A stretch of 63,095 nt of DNA, the filler included, from Lenisia limosa (Eukaryota > Protista > Breviatea), in NCBI GenBank assembly GCA_001655205.1. It is 9 parts of 9 records of this genome, joined end to end, with 100 filler letters (N's around TTAATTAATTAA, not from the genome) between each part and the next. Parts side by side here need not be neighbours in the genome. Positions count along the whole stretch, not along the records: positions 1 to 13,816 come from LPNZ01010848.1; 8 more parts are not named here. One strand, given 5' to 3'. The notes beneath the pieces are model-generated. The model had not been told where the DNA came from, made no database searches, and saw only the letters and a list, made by a program, of their open reading frames with translations. This document shows, in pieces, positions 1-11,804 of this stretch. The first letter of the stretch is position 1, and every line of letters starts with the position of its first letter. The position numbers and the translations under genes are program-made.

Positions 1-726
1 AGCAATCAAGTTCACTCGCGAGATTCAAAAGAGGAGTTTGCCCAAGGGTTATAAGTATTAACAAGTTTATTTATATAGAAGGTATGCACAGACTGCAATG
101 ATTGTTGACTGATTTCCTCTCTCACGCCCCATGATATCCCAAGACAAATTGGACACCACCTACCCTATTCCTTCGGATGCACAGAGGACTGACAAAGCGA
201 TGATAAGTGGAGCAATCAGATGCAACAGCGACGAGGTGCCCATTCTTGGTGATAGAAGAGGTAGCTTCCGCCTTTATCTTCTGATTTAGAGGGGAGGAGA
301 AGGCATGGGCGACTTGGATCGGAATAAAGGTGACCTAGTCGGCAATTCAGCCTTGGTAACTGTACTCGCTTATTTAGCTTACTTTTTACTTTCTTGTTCA
401 CAGCTTATTTTTTATTTGGTTTGTTTGGTTTTTTTTCGAAATGGACCGAGAACCGAGCCGACGTTGTGTCTTCGTTTCTCCAGGTCTGCTCTCCTCACCT
501 ACCCTCTAATAATTAGAAGAGAGAAGAGAGTTTTAGTTATTGTGATTGTGGCGTGCNNNNNNNNNNNNNNNNNNNNNNNNNNNNNNNNNNNNNNNNNNNN
601 NNNNNNNNNNNNNNNNNNNNNNNNNNNNNNNNNNNNNNNNNNNNNNNNNNNNNNNNNNNNNNCACTAAACGGTTGCTGCTTTATTCTTAATATCAATTAG
701 TGGTATTTATTGAGAGTAGCATTAAC

Positions 727-3700
727 ATGTCGGCCCTTGCCAACAAGTCTAAGAAGATGAATAAGCAGGAAAGGAAGTGTGTGGGTATTCGTTGTGATTG
801 AATTGTTGAAATGACGTTGGGAACAGAAAATCACTCTAATATGGACAGATAGATAAAGTCTGATGTTTTTGTTACTTCTTTTAGTTTTTTAAATATGTAA
901 AGTGTCTTACTGTATAGATCGGCATACGAACAGAAACAGAAAGGTCCCTCAGGCCAGGAGTTACGAGAAAAAGTTNNNNNNNNNNNNNNNNNNNNNNNNN
1001 NNNNNNNNNNNNNNNNNNNNNNNNNNNNNNNNNNNNNNNNNNNNNNNNNNNNNNNNNNNNNNNNNNNNNNNNNNNNNNNNNNNNNNNNNNNNNNNNNNNN
1101 NNNNNNNNNNNNNNNNNNATTTGGATCTTGAAAAGAGCTCCACTTTCGGTTCGAAAAGACTAAATTCTCGAATATATATAGTAATTTGGAGAGTAACTAG
1201 CATAGGTTTTTGTTCCGAATTAAAGGAACAAGTGTTGAAATGCGTGTTACTCTGTGTCCCTCACCCCGAGCTTTATTCAACACAAATAACAGGCCACATT
1301 GTTTTTGATAACTTATTACAGGCTCGGTTAATTGCAGAAGGCACAATAAAGGCCTATACTGAAGGCGAATATATTGCTAATGGTGAGGGTGGGTTTTTCA
1401 TATTTTTAAAAGACAATCGCTTCTCTCCAAGAATCATTCGTACTGTCAAAAATGTAATGGTCCTAGTCATTTTGGAACCGAAGTGAAGCCCTAATAGTAA
1501 CCCATTACCAAATTGAGCTTCAATATACAGTGACCGTGATAAGTCCCGACGCGTTTGACTAAAGAGAAAAATCAATAGTCGTTTCAGGACTTATCGCGGT
1601 TGGTGTCCTGGTATAATATCGATATTTTACTGGTCTTTTTAGAACCAAAGCCTAGCGCTACCCTCCCTCTTCCTCACCCAATAACAACAGGCATTTATGG
1701 GATTCCCAAGTAATAACAGGGAATACCAAGTCGATGCGCCGTAGCATATTGTCAAAAAAGTAATGCTCCCTCACAACAGGCGAGACTGTGAGCTTGGGAA
1801 CCAGCGTTGACGAGTGCGTGGACAACACGGTTTTCTACCCCCACGACGAGGAATTTGTCTTCGAAGATGAGAAGAACGTGGGGGAGAAGGTTAACACTAA
1901 TGTTGAAGGGGGGAAAAAGGGGATTTGAACTCTGAACAAACTCCTCTACTTCGCCACCCCAGACGGCTACTCAGCTGTGAACCTCAGGTTGAGATTATTT
2001 ATCAATAGGGCTTCACTTCGGTTTGAAAAAAAACTGAATTGCTCGATAAATCCTGGGAAACTATCGATATTTCCCCGGAATTTTTAAAATCGAAGTGAAG
2101 CCCAAGCTATCAACAATATTGATGGTTTGTTTACAGTGTTTGTTGGTGGGGCGTCACGTGTCTCTTAAGGCTGCACTTTAGTTCCAAGAATTACTTAATT
2201 AACAAAATATCCAGACAATTATTGAGATAGTATTTTCCGTCTTTTGGGGCCAAAAGTGAAGTAAATAAACTATCGACATACATGTATATCAGTGGTTTGT
2301 TTTACATGCATTGACCGGGATAAGTCTTGACCTATTTTCCTTGGGAATTCTTTTCGCAAATCGGTCAAGACTTATTTAATGATATATCCTAGATATTTAT
2401 TGATATAGTATTGTCCGTCTTTTGGGGCCAGAAGTAAAAAAACTATGGACAGATATTACATATTTTGAGCTTGAAGTGGAGCTTCGACCGGAGTGAAACT
2501 GTACTTACAACATAGATCAAGCCCGTGGAGTTTTCTGTCCAGAACTGTACCACTTTAGAAGCAGCAAAGCCATGGTTTGTTGGTAGGGCTTCACTCTGGT
2601 ACGAAAATGAAAAGTGAGCCATATAAATCTACTACTAGTCGTTTTCTGGAATGCAAAACACTGCTATTTTATATAGGACTTCTCTTACAGTTAAGTCTCA
2701 ATTGAACTAGGCCTTCAAAATAGGAAAAGTCAACAACAACAAAAATAATCCTTATCCAACTAGTTTGTTTTTTCTTACTATTTTCATTACCATGCAGGTG
2801 TGTTGAAGGAATGGACCCTCTTGTGTTGAACTTTGCCTCCGCTCATAACCCTGGTAAGACGGGATATTACTAGGGCATCATTTTCGGTTCCAAAAAGACA
2901 GACTCTCTATAAATCACCGATATATATATATCGATATTTTATACATATTTATAAATCATATCACAGCCTAATAGAAAGCCGTGTGTACAGTATTGTAAGG
3001 CAAATGTTTGTTGTCGACGGCTTCGACCAGATAAATCCTTGCTTTATTTTCATATCTAACTACATAAGATGTTTTGTATTTCATAAACAAAAAAAGGGGG
3101 GTGGGTAACGTGCAAATAATTTCACAATTTGAAGTGGGCATATGGTTCAGACACTAATTTCAATTGGTTGTCTATATTACATGATTAGGGTTTCCCTCAC
3201 GGTCCGAAAAAGACCGTCACGATATCGATATTTATCGAGAATTTATCCAGAAATTCAGTCTTTTTTGGGACCGTAGGGAAGCCCTGTATGAAAATATGAG
3301 CAAGAATAATTGTTCAGGTGGCGGGTTTCTGAAGGGCTCCAGGGCTCAGGAGGAGTCATTAGCACGGTCTTCTGCCTTGTACAAATGCCAGGTGGAGGGA
3401 CGACGTGGTGATACTCATGCAGACTCTTTTCAGACTTGTTCATAAACAACCATGCAGTATTTAAAATAAATACAATGTGAATATAAACGTAACTATTTGT
3501 AACTATTTGTAACTATTTGTAACTATTTGTAACTATTTGTAGACGCAAGACGAAGCCTCGCGATATTATCGCTATCATGATAGTCTCAAGCCAAAAACCT
3601 GCATTTATTCCCATTCGGCTATCTATTCTCCAAGTATGCTACTCTGTTAGGCACGCAGAAAAGTTATCAGGCAAATAATTGGGTTAATTCCAATTATACT

Positions 3701-4708
3701 ATTCTCCAATCCCTTAATAGAGTGACGATGTGGACTGATGCGCGTAAACAAGAAAGGCGTGTTTCAAGTATCCGAGACAACTTTTTCATTTGAAACCTTG
3801 CTTTATATATGAGACATCAAAGGCAAGACAAGATTGTACATAGTCCTAATATTTCCAGAGGTTCCTGTGTTTCGTTCTGACGAAGGTGGCTTCCTTTCCA
3901 AGCCCTATTTGGCAAGTATACTGACAATCGCCGCACCTAACAATACCTACGCTCGGAAGCGAGTCGGAAGCGAACTGGTATGAGCATTTTTGAATTGGGA
4001 TTATACTCTTATCTTATTATCCCAATTATATGCGGCAAGTAAGAGGATTTTTTAATTATAAATAATACCATTGACCGCGATAAGCCGTTACACGATTAGC
4101 TAAAAAAAAAGGTTCCATATCCGCGTACGGTTTGTATAGAAAGTCCTCTTTGTATCAATAATGCGTAACTAAGCAGGAACTGAACTGAATAAATCAGTTT
4201 AATAAATATAGATATTTATCGAGGATTTATAGGGGAAGCCCATTTTTATGATACAGTATTTCTCGTTGATTATTTTGTAAATTGAACCCAATTAACCGCC
4301 AAAGGTTTCAACGGCATTAGATGAGAGGGCAAGGCGAGTACTTAATATTGCCCGCTGGCACGGTCATCGCAATTTGGTGTTGGGCGCCTGGGGATGCGGT
4401 GTGTTCGGATGTTCCGCTCCGGAAGTGGCTAAAGCGTTCAAGAAAGCTTTTGATGAAGTTTGGGGGTGTTGTACATACATGTATAATATCAGTATGATTA
4501 GGGAGAGGGGGGAATTGTTACACAGTTTTTCAAATATACTATGATAACTGTAAAGTGGGCTTCACTCTGATCCAGAAATTGACGGAATTTTTTGATAAAT
4601 CGATATATTTCGAAGTTAACCATGTAGGAGAAGGGGGCTTTTGAGAAGGTTACTTTCGCCATCACCAACGAGTCGTTTTGCGAGGTTTTTAGGAAGGAGT
4701 TTTGTTGA
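727..4708 (+). CDS. Bacterial/microbial-type poly(ADP-ribose) glycohydrolase (TIGR02452/DUF2263-like macrodomain), 11 exons, complete
   Basis: Phase-consistent GT-AG splicing gives MSALANK...IAEGTIKAYTEGEYIANG...VQNCTTLEAA...VLNFASAHNPGGGFLKGSRAQEESLARSSALY...IYSPKVPVFRSDEG...TIAAPN...LVLGAWGCGVFG...FEKVTFAI...EFC*. ATG at 727, TGA at 4706-4708. The motif order matches the family as I know it. Confidence 0.92.
2008..2103. mobile_element. MITE family A copy
   Basis: Inverted ends GGGCTTCACTTCGGTT / ATCGAAGTGAAGCCC; core CTCGATAAATCC...TATCGATATTT. Confidence 0.85.
3188..3284. mobile_element. MITE family A variant
   Basis: Ends GGGTTTCCCTCACGGTCC / GGACCGTAGGGAAGCCC with the same core. Confidence 0.8.
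3489..3541. repeat. 10-bp tandem repeat (GTAACTATTT) x5
   Basis: Read directly from the sequence. Confidence 0.95.
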
Positions 4709-5253
4709 TCAAATAGTTAATTGTTCAAGTTATTTAAGTATTTACATGAATTAACGTTAGGGTTCATCGAGGATTTTTTTTTTTGTAACCGAAGTAATTG
4801 GAAATGATAGATTTTGAAAGATTCATTGTTTTCCGTAGAGGACATTGTAGACCTTAGAACAATTAATTTTTTTATTCTATTGGAAAATACAAGTCGATTG
4901 AACAAAAAAAAAAAAGGCAAAGTGTCGTGATTTACTCATGCGCAAAAACAGGCGTGTCTCAGATCCGACAACTCCCATTTGAAACATTGTGTCAATCATT
5001 AATAGCAATGAGAAAAAAATAAAATAAAGATGTATCTGGCCGAAGAAAGAAGATAATTGAGGAAAGCCATCTTTCCAATTGAAGCGAACGTGAATAAATA
5101 ATAAATTAAAATAATAGATAAGAAACAGAAAGACATAGTATACTGTACAACGAAAAATAAAAATGAAACGGATTAGTGGAGACAGGCACGGCAAATCGGA
5201 GTGAATCTACAGTGTAGTATTATACCAACTCAAGAATTAGAATCTGTTTCAAC

Positions 5254-8200
5254 TTAAGTCTCAAACACTTCATAATACCAAAAAATTGTGGCAAACCTAT
5301 ATCCTGGATGTTTTTGTACTGTGGGGACATAGGAAACTCCTTTGACGGTAACCTTGGCGCATAAACCACACCTAGTCAATCAGTTCTTTTTCCATTTAGA
5401 ACATGTATAGACATAGAACATTTTCAAAATGAATACCACGCTCTGTCTGTGATTGGAATTTTATTGGCTTTCAAGGGAGTAGCAAAGTTGTTTTTTGTAA
5501 AGGTCTCTATTGAAAGTAGTATCATGAAGATCCAGCAGTTCAACAATAAAAGGAAATACTCACAGGAAACAACCGAAACATGATGTATTCTGTGTCCCAA
5601 ATTCTACTTGTATTATCTTTTTCTCAAAAAAACTTGGCTCTACTCATGAAAAGCTTCATGATTATTCATGATTCTCAGGATCATCATTTTTATAATCAAA
5701 CCCCAGTGGATACCCGTGGTATCCCTATGTATTTATTTGTTTCCCTGGATTTTTATTGTATATTATTTCTCATGTTAAAAAAAAAGAAAAACAAAGACTC
5801 AAACCCCAGTAGGTGCCCCGAAATCAAACCTTCTCGCACGTGTAGCACAATACTCAGCATCCTCCTCAGAGTAGCCGGATTCCAATAGGTGCGCCTTGCA
5901 TATCATCAATGGTTTCTCAGTTCTGAAAATGTCAGAGATTAATAATATCTTCAAAGAACGATGATTACTACTTAGTAGTCAAATTATTACCACGGTTTCA
6001 AGTCGGTTCGGAAAAAGACAAAATTTCTCGATAAATTCTCGAAAACTATCGATATTTTCCCGGTCTTTTTCGAAATTAATTACAAGGAAAGTTTTTTGTA
6101 TATTGTAACCAGAACTGCATTGTGTACATGATCTTCCATTCACCTTGGTAAGTGTGGAATTCCACTTGATTCAGCCTTTTCCAAAAGAGAATTTTCCGTT
6201 TTTGATGAAGAAAACTGTGGAAGAACAGAAGAGAACGCATCATCTTTGGCCTGAATAGTAATTACGTTTTGAATATAAAGGCCGGGGAAAATTGACATAA
6301 TGTTCAAAAATTACAGATTAGGGCTTCACTTTGGTTCGAAAAAGATCGACAGTTTTCGAAGATTTATCGTCTTTTTCCGAACCGAAGTGAATTCTGTAAT
6401 TTTTGAACATTATGTCAGATATTGCTACATGCTCCATTCAAAATGTAGTGGATTAGAAATGATACCAAAACAGCGGAAAAAAACAACGAAAAGCGAATAA
6501 ATACTCCCTCACCAAAACAACAGAGTCACTCAAAATATCCGCATGTACCAAACTAGCCAGAACCCCGAGGTTGCTTGGCACAATAATATACAGCCCTGAA
6601 ATCGGTCAAATTAGAGCCTCACTCCATGTACAAAGAAGAACGGTAAACTATCAACATACGTACATGTTTCTGCGTGCAGAGTTGTAAGGTAAATGTTGGG
6701 TGAATTAGTATTATACTATAATCCAATATCTCTGATCAGCGTGACGGCTTCGGACAGATACAACCCAATTTTTATTTCTCATTGCTATATGATAATGTAA
6801 TATATTATATGATAATGTATATTATGTAAATCCACGCACAATATTGATATTTATTTCAGAATTTATTGAATCGAAATGAAGCTCTACTTGAGATAACTGG
6901 TCCCTTTTCACACCTTTATTAATTCTGGTTTGAAGGTCTTCGGGTATCGGCTCCAATTTCAGCTTGTTATCCGACTGTACAAAATGAAAATAAAGTTGCT
7001 TTGATGGTCAGTACAAATCATTAAAATTCCCACCGCACCTCTTGTAAAGCTTTTCTAATAATGGCCACAAAAATTGGAAAGAAGGGAATGAATAGATGGG
7101 GGTACTTGCAACCAACAGACAACGCTTTCTCCTGGAAAGAAGTTATAATAGGACAAGGAAAATGGGAGAAAAAAAAAGCTCACAATGCAAGACAAGGATG
7201 TAAAGTAATTCAACTTAGAGAAGAAAATCGGAAAATGTTAATCCCACCAACTGCCTGTTTTATTGAGAATGTGGCGCCATATTCCAGAAGCACTTTAGTC
7301 GTGATGATGTTGCAATTTGCCACCCCTTCAGCGATGGCACTCCATCCCTGCTTTCGTTAATAATGGAGGGTATGATGGTATCATGATGAAAATGAGGAGA
7401 GCTTCACTTCGTCCGAAAAAGACTGAATGCCTCGATAAATATCAAAACTATTGAAACCTTTGGCGGTTAACTGGGTTCAATTTACAAAATAATCAACGAG
7501 AAATACTGTATCATAGATATGGGCTTCCCCTATAAATCCTCGATAAATATCGATATTTATTAAACTGTGAAGCCCAAGCGAAAGAGAATACCAAAACCAA
7601 ACAACAGTTCTAATTCACTTGACCTCTTCTTCTCTTCTCACAAACCATCAACCCAACCTCATTTCCTATTCGCTCATGAAAAAAAACGGCAGTATTATTG
7701 TTGTTTGAGAATAAAAATATTATATCGTCCATTTTTTGGTGCTATTGTAAGGTGATAGGTAATTGAGTGAGAAGAGAGTCACCTCACCATAGCACCAAAA
7801 TAATGGAAATCCCTCCAATCTTTACTCAAAGTTATTGCCTTAGGTCCTACCGCCAAATCAACATGTGGATCAGCCCCGGCCTTGAGAAGAAGACGAACCA
7901 CCTTATTCAGTCCTCCAACGCCTGCTGCCAAACTGATGGGACTACAAAGGTCCTATATCATGTAAGTTTTCATCACTTCCCCAGTTCTAATGAATCTTCG
8001 TTATGTTACAGAAGTATTAGAGCCCTGATAAAAATATTGAAATTTTGTTTTTAGTAACCCGATGCACTATATTGAGTGTATTTTATTGTATAAAAACATT
8101 ATATCAATACTTATTCTCTACACTAAAGGCGGATGTCATCAAGGACATTATCCAATCTCCCCGGAAGTGCAATCGCGGCCTGATCTCATCTCATCACTCG

Positions 8201-10957
8201 TCAACACCTCTCAATGGCTCCGCTAGAAACGTGGAACTCAGTTAGGCCGCTATTTAAAGATGCAGCTTGTCCATTTGTACGATATAAGAACTTCATTAGC
8301 CCTCGGAAGGCAGGTGAACTCTGTAAGCCTTAGTCATCATCGAGTTTTTGAAACAAAATTTGGGGAAAATTGCCTAAGAGTCTGTCGAAATGATAAAGTG
8401 TAATTAAAGAGCATACTGGTAACACTGTNNNNNNNNNNNNNNNNNNNNNNNNNNNNNNNNACAGTTTTCGGCGTACCTCCCTACCTGATATGTGCGTGTG
8501 GCATGTTTCAAAGGTTTTCTGGGTGGACGTCTCTTCAAACCCCCGTTTTCGTGAGGACATTTTAAAAGTGCAAAATAATATAGACATGATTAAGAAAAAA
8601 AAAAAAAAAAAAATCTGAGTGAATATATAAAGGTACTGTNNNNNNNNNNNNNNNNNNNNNNNNNNNNNNNNNNNNNNNNNNNNNNNNNNNNNNNNNNNNN
8701 NNNNNNNNNNNNNNNNNNNNNNNNNNNNNNNNNNNNNNNNNNNNNNNNNNNNNNNNNNNNNNTGCTTAACATGTTACAAAAGAGAAAAAAAAAGGAGGGG
8801 GTAATAAGCAGATTTATTGAAAATTATGTCTTTTTTTTAGACCAACAACCACTCGCTTGATGTTAAACAGAATAGCAAAAAATGGGTTAAATAATTCATA
8901 TTGCATCAATAACATATACTCCATATCTAGTAATTACCCCCCCGCCCACCTCATCATAAACACCAGGAACAGTCTCATTTGGGTCTGCTCCAGCCTCAAC
9001 TAAAATTTGGCAGATTTCAAGCGCTGTGTTCGCGAAACTAATAAGTCATGTGGCGTAAAAGGATATCAGATGTAATCACCCCCACCCGCATTTCCTCCAC
9101 CTAGGACATTCACACTCTATCCTCTGTGTATCCACACTCATATGAAACAAAAACCCCATAACGACGTTACACATACGGTTGGCTCAGACACCCCTTTTCA
9201 CTTTAAAGCGTCACTTTCATTTTCGGATCCGGTTTTTACTGAGAACCGGAACGGAAAATGCGATTCTCAAAAATTCCGGTTCCGGTTCCAGAAAGAAGTT
9301 AATGTTAGGAAATTAATCACAAAATTATATTAAACAATTTTTAATTCCATATTTTTTTGACAAGTCATAATTAAAAAAGTACTCATTAATATAATATACG
9401 CATAATAACACCTGCCTCCATGAACTATAATTGTGTTTTTTATTTTTTCCCCGAATTTTGTGTAGGAAAAGAGAATATAAATAATCATAATAGATAAAAA
9501 AAATATAAAAACGATCTAACTGGGGATCGAACCAACCGGAACCAAACTCAATTTTCAAAACCGAGAACCAGAAACCAGAACAAGGAGTGAAGCTGTAATT
9601 CCGTTCTATTATTTCTCGGAACTACTGCCCATTACTGCTATTTATAAAAACTAGATCTACTTTCGGTTCCAAAAATGACTAAATTCTCGATAAATCGTCG
9701 ATAAATAAAATATTCTATCATGAATATCTACTGTATGTATATATACCCCCTTCCCACCCACGTTCTATAATACTCCTCGTTGACAGGCTCCAGGAGGCAA
9801 CAGAATGGGGTACCTTTCTGTACACTGAATCCAAAAGCAAGAAGAGCCCGCAGAATCTCCACCGCTTTCCCGGGGGACTACACCAGTTAATAGCTTATTT
9901 TCGGTTCTTCTCAGAGATATTTTTCTCAATATCCATCAAAGAGCTTCCTTTCGGTTCCAAAAGACCGATAAAATATCGACGTTTATCGAGGGATTTTCGA
10001 AAATTCGGTCCATTTTGGAACCGAAAGTGAAGCTCTAAATTATCAGGAGGCGGGGCGCGAAGGAAGCCTCGTAGCTCAAAAAAAAAAAAAGCTGTACCAT
10101 CTTATAACATGTTATAATATATGATATGATATCCTATACATATCGATGTGACCACCAAGTTAGACTCGATAACATCACATACCTTCTCTTCAAGATTACA
10201 AGCTGAAGCACAGGCACATTCAATGGGGTTCTCCTGGAGTAAATGAAATAGAGCTTCACTTTTAGTTCTAAAAAAACAGACGGAATTCCCAATAAATCCA
10301 AGATAAATATTGATGTTTCACATGGCTTTTTGAACCAGAAGTGAATATTTAAATTAAATGTAGAATGAAAAATAAACAGACTTCTATCCCAAACCAAACT
10401 ACTTGTTAACAAAATTTGAATGTAAAAGCTTGGAGGAGTATAGATAAGGTAAAAGTGTATGAAATTGAGTTTACATTACAACATGTCACACTCACTACGT
10501 GATATTGATTATTGTTATAAAAGTGGGTACACCCTTCAAACATATAAATCATCATGCTTCGCTTGGAGGTTCAATGAAACGCTTTTCTTGCCTGCCAGAA
10601 TATTGTGAACTTCAGCAACATTCCCTTCTCTGATAGCCGGAAACCTAGGAATTGAGAAATAAGCAGAGAGCTTCTTTCGGTTCCAATAAATATTGAATTC
10701 ATTGTTGATAACTTATCGATTATTTAGTCTTTTTTAGAAACGAAAGGGGGTCTTGAAATGGGGCTTCTGACTGAATCCTTCAAAAGTATTAATGATGCGT
10801 TTGATATAGTATATCAAGAAGTATATATTACACGGTGCTTTTTTGTGTAAAGGGAGTATTTTATTGATATTAATCGAGAATTTAATATTCGAACCAAAGT
10901 GGCATATGCTTACAACGGATGTTCTTCCGGTGCGTCTTTCGCAAAACGGACAGGCAT
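5254..10957 (-). CDS. Multi-exon ankyrin-repeat protein with an unrecognised C-terminal region
   Basis: Spliced exons give HPLFPAIREGNVAEV, ENPIECACASA, EICQILVEAGADPN, KPLKHATRTYQ, SPISLAAGVGGLNKVVRLLLKAGADPH and GWSAIAEGVANCNIITTKVLLEYGA, then a unique tail ending FWYYEVFET* (TAA 5254-5256). The link across the N gaps at 8429-8762 is inferred, so this could be two genes. A possible extra 5' exon lies at about 11140-11309. Confidence 0.75.
6321..6394. mobile_element. MITE family A copy, internally deleted
   Basis: GGGCTTCACTTTGGTTCG...CGAACCGAAGTGAA. Confidence 0.8.
7400..7574. mobile_element. MITE family A copy carrying captured sequence
   Basis: Family A ends enclose a 117-bp inverted copy of 4195-4311. 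Confidence 0.8.
9205..9597. mobile_element. Possible 390-bp TIR element with GGTTCC/GAACC sub-terminal repeats
   Basis: Clustered CCGGTT/GGTTCC motifs on the left and GAACC motifs on the right. Ends GCGTCACT / AGTGAAGC resemble family A. Confidence 0.45.
9941..10035. mobile_element. MITE family A copy
   Basis: GAGCTTCCTTTCGGTTCCAAAA / TTTTGGAACCGAAAGTGAAGCTC. Confidence 0.85.
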
Positions 10958-11804
10958 GTTGCTCTCCCACACCACCGCAGCACAAGGGAAGGAAAATTAG
11001 CCTGCAGAGTTAAAGACTCCACAGTGGTACCATGGTTATCCCTTCATTTTTTCAAAATTTGAAGTGCGACATGTTGTAATGCTCCTCCAAGCTTTTACAT
11101 TCAATTTTTTTAACAATTTTCCTCAAATAAGCAATAAAGAATATTATCAAACGTCCCTTCTTAGCTTCAACAATCCCAGTCCAAGCACTCTGAACAAACT
11201 CCTCGGCTTCGCCACCCCACTCAGCTGTGAACCTCAGGTCCTCGCTCTTCTTATACTGGCTTACTGGCGGCCTGCTGGCGGCTTTAAATAATTTTGCCTT
11301 TGCACTCATAACCGACTAAGCTAAAGTTTGCGATAGTACACCCCCATGATTTTATAATATAAAAGCAAATAATCGTAGAATTTGAAGGTTTTGAAAGAGT
11401 TGATTCAAGGGAAGAAAAGAAACAAATTAATCAATTAATCAATCTCAACAATTTGAGGGCGCTATCAAGAGAGAGTTGACCAAAAAAAGGTTTGCCGCTT
11501 TTTGGAGTACGTATTAGCTCTGACCATGCAGTTCAATTATACTTTAATTTTACTGTATATCTGTAATCTGTCAAGAATCATCAACCTATTTTCTTTTATC
11601 CTATGTATCAGGACACATGATTGTACTTTCCTCACAATACTTCATGTGTATTGATAGGCAATAATTTGCAAACTATGCGATCTTATTTGAATTATTTGCA
11701 TTACAACTCCCAAATGATAATCTTACTAAATCTGTTAAGAAACCACTTTGTTTTATGCATTTGTCATGTACTGTTCACCCTTCATGAAGTTTGATCATTA
11801 TTAG

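Noticed and set aside
1135-1490. Composite MITE enclosing PARG exon 3
   Set aside because: The left and right half-elements are more simply two separate decayed copies, and no shared target duplication is visible.
8461-8560. MSSRKRGFEE frame as the start of a separate gene, with a BTB-like FRGLMKFLY motif
   Set aside because: Another frame gives KPLKHATRTYQ, which splices in phase and fits an ankyrin repeat.
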